Source: Chrysomallon squamiferum
Taxonomy: Eukaryota; Animalia; Mollusca
Direction of reading: 5' to 3'
Length of the DNA: 64,000 nucleotides
Assembly: GCA_012295275.1 (NCBI GenBank)
Contig: CM022673.1
Span: forward strand, 21,638,001-21,702,000
A model generated the notes under the pieces. The model searched no databases, was not told the DNA's origin, and was given only the letters and a program-made list of their open reading frames with translations. Each line of letters starts with the position of its first letter. Position 1 is the stretch's first letter. Positions 1 to 12,200 of this stretch are shown here, one piece after another. A program made the translations under genes and the position numbers.

Positions 1-682
1 CAAATTACAAAAAATAATTTGAAACAAGTGTAGGTTTAGGTATTTCTTAAAGTACTGTGTTTGTGATCATCAAAACAAACTGAAACCGTTAAACTATGCT
101 AATACATAGTTTTTTCAAAACTTTAAACTTTATCACTTTCTTTCATACTTCTTTTTTTAAGAATTATTATTAATTTGTGAAATGGTAAATATATTTATAT
201 ACAGACCTACACCTTTAAGAATTAAATAAGGGATGCAGTAAATATATTTATTTCATTTAAAAAGGCGCAAATTGTCAAAACGTTTTTTTTCTGTAAAGAA
301 CAGAATGATTCGATTTATAAAAAATTTAATAAAGACAGTTTGTGGTTCTTTGCTTAAAGCATTTGCATGTGTGAAGCATTTTCCGTTCCATTAGCGCTCC
401 AAGTGATTTGTCAGATTTAATTTGTTGTAAGTGATTTCAGGTTTAAAAGAAAGATAAATGATTTCCTGCTTAGTTGACAAGAGACAAATGACTTCAGCAG
501 GTTTTTTCTCTCTTATCATCAAATAACTGTTAATATTAAAACGATAATGCGTCTTATACATACGCTTATTAATTTATATATGTGTGTGTTTGTGTGTATA
601 TATATATATATATATATCGATCTAATATAAAAATTACTTATAAAGTTATTAAAAAATATAAAGCATATTGTTAATAAAATGT

Positions 683-717
<35 letters not shown>

Positions 718-1144
718 GGCGCATTTGCTCTAATTATATTTCTTATTATACATATACTGTACTGCATTATGTTACGTTACATCGTGTTTTAATATCTTAT
801 ATTATATTATATTATTATTAATTTGAAATTAAATGAAAAATACAGATGACGTCAGAAAACATTAATATATTTAATTATTCAAACAGTTAAATGGCGACTT
901 TTTTTAACCTAGCATTTCTTTTAAACATTTTTCTTTTTTCTCTTTTTAATTTTTTTTTTTTTACTTTAACAACAAGAAAAAAAAAAGTTAATTCAGAATG
1001 ATATCTTGATATACGACAACTTTCTAAACAAAGCCTGCAAACAGTTTCTAAAGAAGATAAAACGACCTAGCGACGTTAATGAAATGTTTTACGATTTGCA
1101 CAAAGTATTGAACTGTTTAATGTCGAGCAGCACAAACAAGTGCG

Positions 1145-1180
1145 CATTACGCCCCGGCCCGTCCCACACATAAATATCAA
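1145..1180 (+). promoter_or_regulatory. Putative SLC4 core promoter (GC-rich element plus TATA-like CATAAATA)
   Basis: GCCCCGGCCCGTCCC at about 1151-1165 followed by cataaata at about 1169-1176, about 300 bp upstream of the ATG exon, whose acceptor ttgcag (1446) implies a non-coding first exon. Confidence 0.3.
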
Positions 1181-1477
1181 ACACAAGACACACTCCAGTG
1201 ATTTACTTTTGTTTCAAAACCTGCAGCCACTAAATCAAAACGTTAATAAAACATGACACAGCCAATACCGAGTGAAGTTTTTTCAAAATACTTACATGTT
1301 TAAAGGTTAAACTTCTTTTATGACTGTCACATAGAACAAAAGTTGTGTGGACGAGATAAATGACTGGGACTCATCTAGTCTAGTCTTTGACGGTTTTTGT
1401 TTGTTTTTGTATTGTATTAAATAAAGATCTCGTCTTGGTCTTGCAGAATGCGGTGCTGGTTTTAGAGAAGAAACAAG

Positions 1478-1814
1478 ATGTCAGGGGAACCAGAAGAGAC
1501 TCATGACAAGTTTGACACGAACGGGGAGGTGCCGCGGGTTCAGGGCCCCGGGGGAAGAAGTGAGTGTAATTTATCTTCTGTCATATAAAAACATCAATTT
1601 TTTTTATTATATAATAATAATAATAAAGAATAAAATGCAAAGAAACTAATTTTTATTTCCATCTTATTAAAAAAAAAAAAAAAAAAAAAATTATTTCATG
1701 TGATTTAGATGGATTGATTAGGTTTCAATAAATATATTTTTTACATTTAAAAAATAAAATAAAATAAGCTACAAAATAACTTTATTTATTTATTTGTTTA
1801 TTAATTTATTAAAT

Positions 1815-1861
<47 letters not shown>

Positions 1862-1896
1862 TTTGTTTATTTGTTTATTAGTTTATTTATTTATTT

Positions 1897-1935
<39 letters not shown>

Positions 1936-2363
1936 TTTGTTTATTAGTTTATTAAATTTATTTATTTATTTAACAAACTGGATGTTGTGTACAAAACTAC
2001 TGTTTTTCAGGTGTTGATCATGGTAAGACTAAGTTAAGACTGTTTGTCAGAGTAATTCGCTTTGTGCTAATTGCAGCTTGTAATGTAACGGCAATGTGAC
2101 ACGTTCCTTTATTTACTATAATTCTTACAGCTTCACGGCTGAGTTAGAAAATCAGGCAGAGCTACAGAATAATAATCAGAGTTTATGATAAAATTTTATT
2201 ATTAAAATTCAAAATAATGAAGATTTTGTTAAGGTGCTTTCTTTTTAGGCTCGATTTATATATTTATATTATTACACTTACTTGAAATGACAGACATAAA
2301 ATAGTTATTAATGCAGTTGGATTATTATAATTATAATTATTATTATTATTATTATTATTATTC

Positions 2364-2410
<47 letters not shown>

Positions 2411-3101
2411 ATTTAGCCCATAGGAATGTTTTTAAAACTAAGTCTTCTTAAAGGTTTAAAGGATATTTAACAAAATGAGTTTGCCGACTTTTTCATATAC
2501 TCTTTTTCAAACAAAATACAAATTAGTATATTTTGATCTCTGTTAGGTTATATACCAATACAGAAAATATTTAATAAATAGTTATTATTATTTTCAATGG
2601 TTATTTTGTAACATCCACATTAGATCAGGACTGCCATGCAGGTGAAGTATCACTTACTTTGTCTGATGAAACAATAGCTTTTATTATCTTTCTTTTATTT
2701 TCTCACGTAATAATTTGCATCATCTACGTGATATTTTAACTTCCTCAGACGTTCAGACATCACTGTTCTTGCTTTTAAACTTTTTCCTTATATTTTTTGT
2801 AACACTGAAACAATAAGAACACTTTTTTTTTTTTTTTTTTTTTTTTTTTCTGTTGTTTTGTTGTTTTTTCATCAGAATTTAAAGGAAAACTGAAATAACA
2901 ATTTGGCGATTATCACTGTTCGGCTAAGTGCATTAGAACTAAGTGTAACCATCCAATTTAGCTTTAAAACATGAACTAAAGGGTAATTCTAAATTTAATC
3001 ATATTCTTCAAAGCAAAATACTGTCATGGATTCTTCTCTTGTTTAATTTTTTAAAGTGTCTACTTTGACAGTATATAAAAATAAATAAATAGATAGATAG
3101 A

Positions 3102-3181
<80 letters not shown>

Positions 3182-4656
3182 TCGATACAAAAAATAATAA
3201 TAATTAAAAAAAACCTATCATTTGTATATACATTGTTGATATTTTTAATTCATCTTTTGTTACATTAACTGTGCAGTTGAGCGCTGTTATCGCGAGTGTC
3301 ACATTGTCGATATACGGGTAATTGTGATAAAATGTCCATAAATCTCTGCTTATGATTTATTTCAAAATCCTTAATCAAACGCTTCTTACTGTACATTTTA
3401 TTTAGTTTTAATAATACTAACAAAAATATGTTAAAAAATGATAGTACATGATTTTAAATTGTATACTTGCTTCAGAACATTGCTTGACTTTATTCTATTG
3501 TCTTGAGTATTGTAATGTTAACTGTATTTTACTTCTGTGAATAACGGATGCATTACTTAATGTAGAGATTAAATATTTGATATTGTTAGCATTCAGAGAT
3601 ATGCTATTAGTGACTCGAGTAATTGTTTTTGTGTGGTGTTCGTACGTTAGCAGATTTCCCTGATTAATTTCTTTGTTAATCATTTTAATTATAATCATAA
3701 ATTGTGTAAATTGTTTTCTTAAATAATCTTTTATTATTTATTTATTTATTTACTTATTTTATATTAATATTAGTTATTAATAATTATAATTACTGTACGA
3801 AAGTAATGATATATTTTCTGATGTAAACGATAGGTTTATTCACACTTCGTAACACTTAATAACCATCTGTCATGATAGCAGTTCTTAAGAAAATAATTCT
3901 CATTAAATTTTAAATTATAATGACAATACTATTACTACTAATATTAATAACTATAACAGCAGTTTCTATTTGACACAAATAATAATAAACAATCTGATTT
4001 GCTTTGATGTAATACATTATTTTTACTAAAAACAAAAAATAACCAAATCGTTTTATTTCGTACGATACAGATGGTTACCAGAAAAAGTTCAGTGTGTATA
4101 TATCTTTAGCTCGTATCAATCATCGTTGTTGGTTTCATACACATTTCATGTTGTGTTTTTTTGTATTTTTTTACCTTGCCTGTCGCTATTTGTATGTTTG
4201 TCTGAAACCTTTTGAAGGATTACATTTATGTGATGTCATTGATCTTCACAGGTCACCTTTATCAGTGGGTTAAACATCTGAGTTAAATCAAAGCATACTG
4301 TCTAGAAACAAAGGGCGGAATGGCTAGGGAAACTTCTTCCTGTTTGTTTTCAGCAGGCCGCGGCTTTTTGTACTGACCGTAATCCCTGGGTCTGAGTTAG
4401 GACAGACAAAACAATAACGGGTTGTGAAAAGAAAGAAATGAATAAAAATAAAACAGTGATAGAAATGACATAAAAATCAAACAAGACTTCCCTCAGAAAA
4501 CCCCACAGCACAGACCATTCTTTAATAAAAGTACAACACGGAAAAAGGCGAACGCTTGAATAAATTTTTATGATCAGGCCAAACAGATACTATTTGTAAA
4601 AATTTCAAACTCGCTTTTTGTTTTCTCTGTCTCTCTCTCTACAGTCGACATTATAG

Positions 4657-4749
<93 letters not shown>

Positions 4750-5010
4750 GCAAAATAAGGTTAACGGGGATGGATTAGAGAAATATTTGTAAATACACAC
4801 AAAATAAAGTTGGTAAAACTTTTGAAATAAAGAAAAAGGAAAATGCAGCCTTTTGTAAGCCTCGTTTAAACCACATTCCACATTTTGTTCAAACATATAA
4901 CTTACTTTCGTTTTGTACACACACACGACTTTAACATACATACACACACATATCGTAGGTAGGTATGATTGTGTGTGTATGTCTATATTATGTATGTATG
5001 TGTGTGTGTG

Positions 5011-5041
<31 letters not shown>

Positions 5042-7844
5042 GAATTTCAACAGTTACACATTCACGTGGCTGGGCGTAGTAGAGCAATAAAGTATTGGTA
5101 TATTAAACAATATATATATATATATTATCTTATTTTTATTTAAGCATGGGTTTACCTTTCATTAGATTTTCTATGTTTCGGTATTAGCATGTGTGAGTTA
5201 TATCTGTATGATGGATGTGTTATCTGTTTTAGTGCTGAAGAAGAGTACGTCGCTGTATCTGAATATCGTGGCTCCGCACAAGCCCGGCAGACCATCCATA
5301 GACCAGACAGCGCAGGGTAATCTCTCTACTTCATTTAAACACGTCCACTGCAGTGGCTGGCTCAAACTCCAGAGCAGAGTATTACGAGTTTGCCAACGGC
5401 AACTGTGACAACGATGACCTGCAATTTACACAATTAAACAATAAACTCCCTCCCGACCTGCAAACAAAATAACTGGTGACGCTTGGAAGCATTCGCTAAT
5501 TATTATTTTATATGGCCACACCTATTATTATTTTTTTTTTAATTCATTATTAGTTTTAATATTTTAATTATTATTTGTTTTCTACAAAATATGTTTTGAT
5601 AAATTTATTTTTCTTCAGACTTTTAAGAATTATTTTATTGTGCTAATACTTTATTGTAGCAAATAATGTTTTGTTACATTTAGTAATAATAGGTATTCCT
5701 GTTAATACTGTTGTTGTTACCGCTGCTGTTACAACTACTTTGTCGTTATTTTTCCAGTGGAATGCCAGGAGTTCACGCTCTACGGGGACGAGAACTACGT
5801 GCCCTCAGAACGAGTGCAGGAAGTTATCAACAGCGTGCACGATCCGAAACATCGCGCACACAAAATCTTCTCAGAGATGGACGTTCTCAGGCAAAGAGGA
5901 GAGAATGATTTTGAGTGGAGAGAAATTTGCAGGTGAAAATATTATTTAGAATACGATTTTTTACGTACTGTCTATCTTGTTATGAATATCCACTCGCTTT
6001 ATCTCCAAATAAAAGCAGAAAGCCTGAGAGTTTTTAAAATTATTAAACATTTCCAAAGATCGAACAATTATTGTTAAATCTAACTCCTCGTTAGTCATCG
6101 ACTTTCTAAATTGGAACATCAATCTAAATAAGATATTAATCAATCAATAAATAAATAAGTATATAAATATATAAATATAATTATTTACGTCCAGATCAGA
6201 AAGTGTTCATTACTAAACCAACATTTGAACAATATTTAAAGGAACTCCAACTTCTCTGACAAATCACTAAGACTCAGATTCTGTAAATGTTAATTTTGTT
6301 TTAAACGTTCTCTTCAAACTAGAACGAATGTTATTTATTTTCGGTTGTTAAAAACACGTTAGTCAGTGATTTGCTGGTTTTTACCGCTGTTTTCAGATGG
6401 GTTAAATACGAGGAGAAGCTGGAAGAGGGGTCAAACAGGTGGTCCAAGCCTCACGTGGCCTCCCTGTCCATGCACTACATCGTGGAACTGAGGAGACTCC
6501 TCATGGAGGGAGTCCTCTTACTTGATGTTGAATGTTACTCAATCTCTCAGATAGTAGGTTAGTGTTCTTCTAGGAAAATAATATAATATAATATAAACTA
6601 ATATAATATAATATAATTTAATATAATATATATGTGTGTGTGCATTTGTTTAATAAGTTACATCGAATAAAGAAAACGTACAGCACCATACAGACAGATG
6701 ATTTATAACTTCCCTGTACATAATTTCAAAACATTGAAACGTTTTTGTTTAGCTTTGTATCACTTGGTACACTGTCATAATTTATGCTCTTCCAAAAGTA
6801 ACAGGTTATCTGATGTCTTTATTTAGTTCTGCACTTTGTAAATATTATTATTATTTATGTTTCCACTGAAATGTCGTACTGACTTGTCATAATGAATCCA
6901 ATTCATTCGTATAAAGATTTTGTTTATCATATTTTATTACCACTTATACATTTGAAAGGCAAGCTGTCATTATATCTATACATTGCTGTTATTTATATTT
7001 CGCTTTATTTGTTAATTCATGTTATTTATTTTCGGATAAATTAATAACTGAGATAACAAACATTGAAAAAAACTCGGTGATTATTTGGTTAAAAACCAGT
7101 TGCTGACTGTCTTAAAGAAATAAAGGCAATCGAAAGTTCTATAGCATGCATAATATATAAATTCTAGCTGGAATTCTAAAAGCAATTATGAATATGTTAT
7201 TATTATTATTGTTATTATTATTTCGTTGTTAATGTTGTTGTTTTGAAAAATAACTACATACATATTTTGAATTATCAGATGAAACTGTGTTTGCTTTGGT
7301 GATGGCCTATAAGATTTCACTGATATTCGTTGTTGATTTTACTTTTTTTTCAGAGAAGTTTCTTGATGAGTGGATCGCTGCGCACAAAGTAGATCCCAAA
7401 CTACGACAGCATCTGCGAACCCTGCTACTGAAACATCATCGTCATGGCGACGAGACGAAGAAAGAAAAGAAATACAAGCGAACAATGTCTTCTCAAAGTG
7501 AGTCACTTAGGACATAATTAGGTTACTGGGGTTCAAATCGCGCAAGTGGACATCTGTGTAATAGTCACTTTTACATGTTTTCTGTTCTGGTGAAGCAGTT
7601 TATGTTGTTTTACGAGAATCTGAAATAATAAGTAGCTTATTAATTCAGTATAATTCTAATACAACAGTTTTAATCTGCAGATATTCTGACACATATTAAA
7701 TATGGTTTAACAACAGCAGTTTACTTTTCCAATAAAAAATCAAGCAAACAGCAAGTTATTTATCAGGAAAAAGTCCAAAATTATAACAAATAACCAATAA
7801 AAAAAATAAAATAAAATAAAATAAAATAAAATAAAATAAAATAA

Positions 7845-7918
<74 letters not shown>

Positions 7919-9242
7919 AATCCACTAATCCCAGCTAACGGATACTGATTTGCTGTTACGCGTGTTGCAGACATGTTGCTGAAGGTGGCGAGTCAGGCGA
8001 GTATGACGAGCAGCGCCAGTGCAGGAAGTCTGGAGAACATGGACGCTGACAGCTTAGAAGCTACAAAAAAAGTGAGAAAAGCCGTCTTCTTTTTCTTCTT
8101 TTGTTTCAAGTTAGTTCAGATTTAATTGTTTAACTGAACTACAAACGACAGATGAGTACATGGATATTGTAGAACGTCACCGGACTGATCAGTTCAGCCC
8201 TGGATTCTGAAAGTTTAGCAACATTCAGTAAATCCTTTGAGTATAATCTTTTTTGTCCGATCCAGCTTTATAACATGTATACGAATCAAATAACATGTAT
8301 TACAAATCTCTACGTAATTATTAAAAATACATTTTCTTAAATATTAATAAAATAAATCGTGCAAATATTTATCGTTATATAACGTTTTTTTTGAAAGTAT
8401 AATTACTGTTTATATCGTTAACAGCAAAATGAAAGATTTCTACGAAAGATTCCCAAAGGATCGGAAGTGGCCAGTATTTGGATTGGTGCAGTCGAGGAAA
8501 TGGAAAGCCCTGTATGTGGATTTATGAGACTTAATGACCCACGGATGTTAGGTGATCTTTCAGAGGTCAACCTACCAACCAGATTCATTGTTGTAATACT
8601 TGGCCCACCTACTATGATTGACAATTACACGGAATGTGGGCGGTGCATTGCCACAATGATGGTTGATGACGTAAGTTCACAACTGTTTCATTCTTAGTTT
8701 GGTTATTGTAGAGAGAGAGAGAGAATTGCCCAAATTAGAGTAAAATTATTCCATTAGAATTATCTTGAAAATAGTTGTATTCCCCCTCCCACTCAGTATT
8801 GTAAATTACTCTATAAATATATGATGTAAAAAACAAACTCTGTATATAATTCTTATGTAACTCAGTTGTTGCTTTAATCCGTCCTCAGATTTTCCGAGAA
8901 GTCGCCTTCAAATGTCGAAACAAGGACGACCTGATCGCGGGCTGCGACGAGTTCCTGGAGCAGGTGACGGTGCTGCCGCCTGGTGAATGGGATCCCAAGA
9001 TCAGGATCGACCCGCCGTCCAGCGTACCAGACCAGGTAAACCAGATCTTGTCTGTTTGTCTGTTTGTTTGTTTGTTTGTTTGTTTATATGTTTGTTTGGT
9101 CGGTTGGTTTAAAATACTCACTTATTATTGTGTATATTGTTCTTATTCTAGCACATAACTGACTGGTATGAGTATATTTTTGCTGGCATATCTGTGCGCA
9201 CGTACGTATGTGTTTCAGAGAGAGAGACAGACAGACAGAGAC

Positions 9243-9288
<46 letters not shown>

Positions 9289-12200
9289 GAGGGTCGGCCT
9301 GTTAGTTTGTGTGTGTATGTGGAATGAAATTAAAAATGATCAACTAATCAAATGATTCAATGAACTATAGTAAGTAACATTTATGTTCACAGAAAATACG
9401 AAAAACACAGTCATCTGCTGATTTTTTTCTGGATGCCATTGAAGGAAAATTGAATAGCGGAGGCCATGATGACAGCCATTTTGATCCTGATCTTACCATC
9501 AGTTGCAGGTGACTAATATTTTATATTTCTATCTTTTAGTTAGTACAGTGTCGTCTTAAACTTTTCATTTTAAAATAAACTAAAGGTAAGTAATGTCTAC
9601 ATCAACACAGTATCTATTTTGTCACGTTTTATTATTTATTTATATATATATATATCTTAAATGCTGATAGGAGAAAATAGTGTATAATAATAATTTGAAT
9701 TATGAACATTACGAGACAACCAAATTTTATATCGTGACAGTCATTATTACATTTGAAACATTCTAACAAGAAACAATTGTTACAACCAGTCAGAGGTAAG
9801 AGAAAAGGGAAAAAACTATTAACATTTAACCTGTTTTCTGATATTCTCAGACCATTCAAGGGTTTGTACAAAGACATCAAGAGAAAGATTCCTTGGTATC
9901 CCTCAGACTTCAAAGATGCTTTCCACATCCAATGCGTTGCCTCCATTATCTACATCTTCTTGGCGACCTTGACACCAAACGTGACCTTTGGCGGAATGCT
10001 TGGAAAAACCACTGATCAGTATATGGTTTGTTGTTGAATTAATTTTAATGGTATACAGAAGAGAAAATAAAACATTCATTTTAAAGAAAAAAATAACATT
10101 AAACGAATGATCAATTTGATGACTTAAAATAAAGCTGAAAGTTATAGATACATTAGATAAAAAAGGAAAAATATAAATTTTAAAGAAAATGAAGGCTAAA
10201 AGACTATGGTACTTAATATATACTCATCATACAAGTAACGAATTATTGCAGGGAGTTATGGAGTGTATCTTTGCGGCTGCAACTACAGGTGTAATTTTTG
10301 CTCTCATGTCTGGTCAGCCAATGAATATCCTCGGTAGTACTGGCCCTATGCTAGTACTGGAAAAAATCATATTCGATATTTGCAAGTAAGTTTTTTATAA
10401 CAAGTATAGTAAGTTTTTTATAACAAGTATACGTTTATACAAACAGTTCTCTTTCTGAAATAGAAATTTGTTGAAGACGTCTTCAGTTTGCAAACTTTTA
10501 ACAAAGTCTGTATAGAAATTAATCTAAAAAAAAAAAAAAAAAAAAAAACCCACTATCTATACTTTTAATATTTAAAAAAATCTTTGTTTATTTATTTATT
10601 TTTTATTTATGCTGCTGCCTTTTATTTCTATTCTGTTTTAATCATTTTGTTTTTTCTTTTAAATAGTTATTGCAGAATGATTCTCCTTAATGAAAAATAA
10701 TCTTCATTATTGAAATCATATACTTAAATTAATCTATGTTTGTCTCTGTTATATATTCTTACGTTGTACAGAAATGATGTTTTCTATTTCATTAATAATT
10801 CTTACGTTTTCCCTGTATTTTGTAACTTATACGTTAGAAAGATGCTTTCTTTTGCTAAACATTGTTTTTTAGGAATATGATAATGCTTTCTGTATATTTT
10901 CTGTTATGCAAAGCATAGCAATTACAATATTCTATTTTGACAGAGACAATGACTGGGATTTTCTTCCACTGCGGTTGTGGATTGGTGTGTGGACCACGGG
11001 CTATCTTCTTCTCATCGTTGCCTTTGATCTTAGTGCCCTTGTCAAGTACATTACTCGATTCACCGAGGAGAGTTTTGCGTGTCTTATCGCTTTGATTTTC
11101 ATCTACGAATCGTTTCTGAAACTGGCTGAAATCCACTACGATGAGGCGCCGCTTAACATGCACCCAAATGGCACTTACGTCCCGCCATTCCACTGCGAAT
11201 GTATCCTAAACACCGAAAACACCACATATTCCATGATGACAACGATGGCATCGACCATGATGAATCAAACAACTGCCCCTTCTTTTACCACAACAGCGAT
11301 TACAAATATGACAGTAACAACCACTGACATGATGGCCACTACGACGGAAGAAATGATGACGACGATTATGTGGAACAAACAGAGGTGCGAGAGCATGTTG
11401 CATGAGTGGCATTGTACAGGCACGGTGCCTGACGCCTTCGTGTTCTCCATCCTGCTCTTTCTCGGAACATTTGGTATTTCCATCTTCTGTGTCAATTTCA
11501 AGACGTGGCCGTGTTTTCCAACTTTTGTAAATATAAACTTTTTATTATTAAAACTCATTAAACTTGTAATGCATTCATGTAAAAATGTTTACACTTTACT
11601 TGATTTGGTGTGTGTATATGTGTATATGTGTATGTATGTATGTGTGTGTGTGTGTGTGAGTATATATATATATATATATATAGGAAATGGTTAAACGACT
11701 CTGGTCTGTTTCAAAGGAAAATGTTTCTAATATAATACGTTTAATAAAATATATGTGTATAAAAAAACAAAGACGTTTTTATTGATATCAAAAATAAATT
11801 ATATATTTATTAAATACGTAATTTAAATATTTTACATTATAAACCCAAAAAGTTTTAATGTATTTAATTCTTTCAGTTTCTGTCTGTTAATTCTTCCATG
11901 TTTTCCTTCAGGTGCGACAGATGATCAGTGACTTTGGTGTTTTGATTGCCATCATTCTCATGGTTGGTTTTGATTATGGTTTGGGACTCCGAACCCCCAA
12001 ACTGACTGTGCCTGCTGAGTTCAAGGTAAAACCAACAAACTCCTATGTTTATTAATCATACACATTCCCATCTAAGGTTGTTTCATACATGTGTCTATTC
12101 CTATCTTAGCATATTTAATACTCATACAGATTCCGATCTTAGTATATTTAATACTCATACAGATTCCTATCTTAGTATATTTAATACTCATACATATTCC

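Noticed and set aside
5671-5949. Two ORF-track frames over SLC4 exon 3
   Set aside because: The true exon (5758-5932) is in the third frame (PSERVQEVI...EWREICR); the listed ORFs are off-frame.
7520-7560. GGTTCAAATC B-box, possible tRNA gene
   Set aside because: No cloverleaf or convincing A-box; at most a decayed tRNA-derived SINE head.
7740-7974. Poly-Cys/Tyr/Ile/Val ORFs (similar ones at 519-767, 4651-4947, 16963-17265, 63626-63814)
   Set aside because: Translations of microsatellites.
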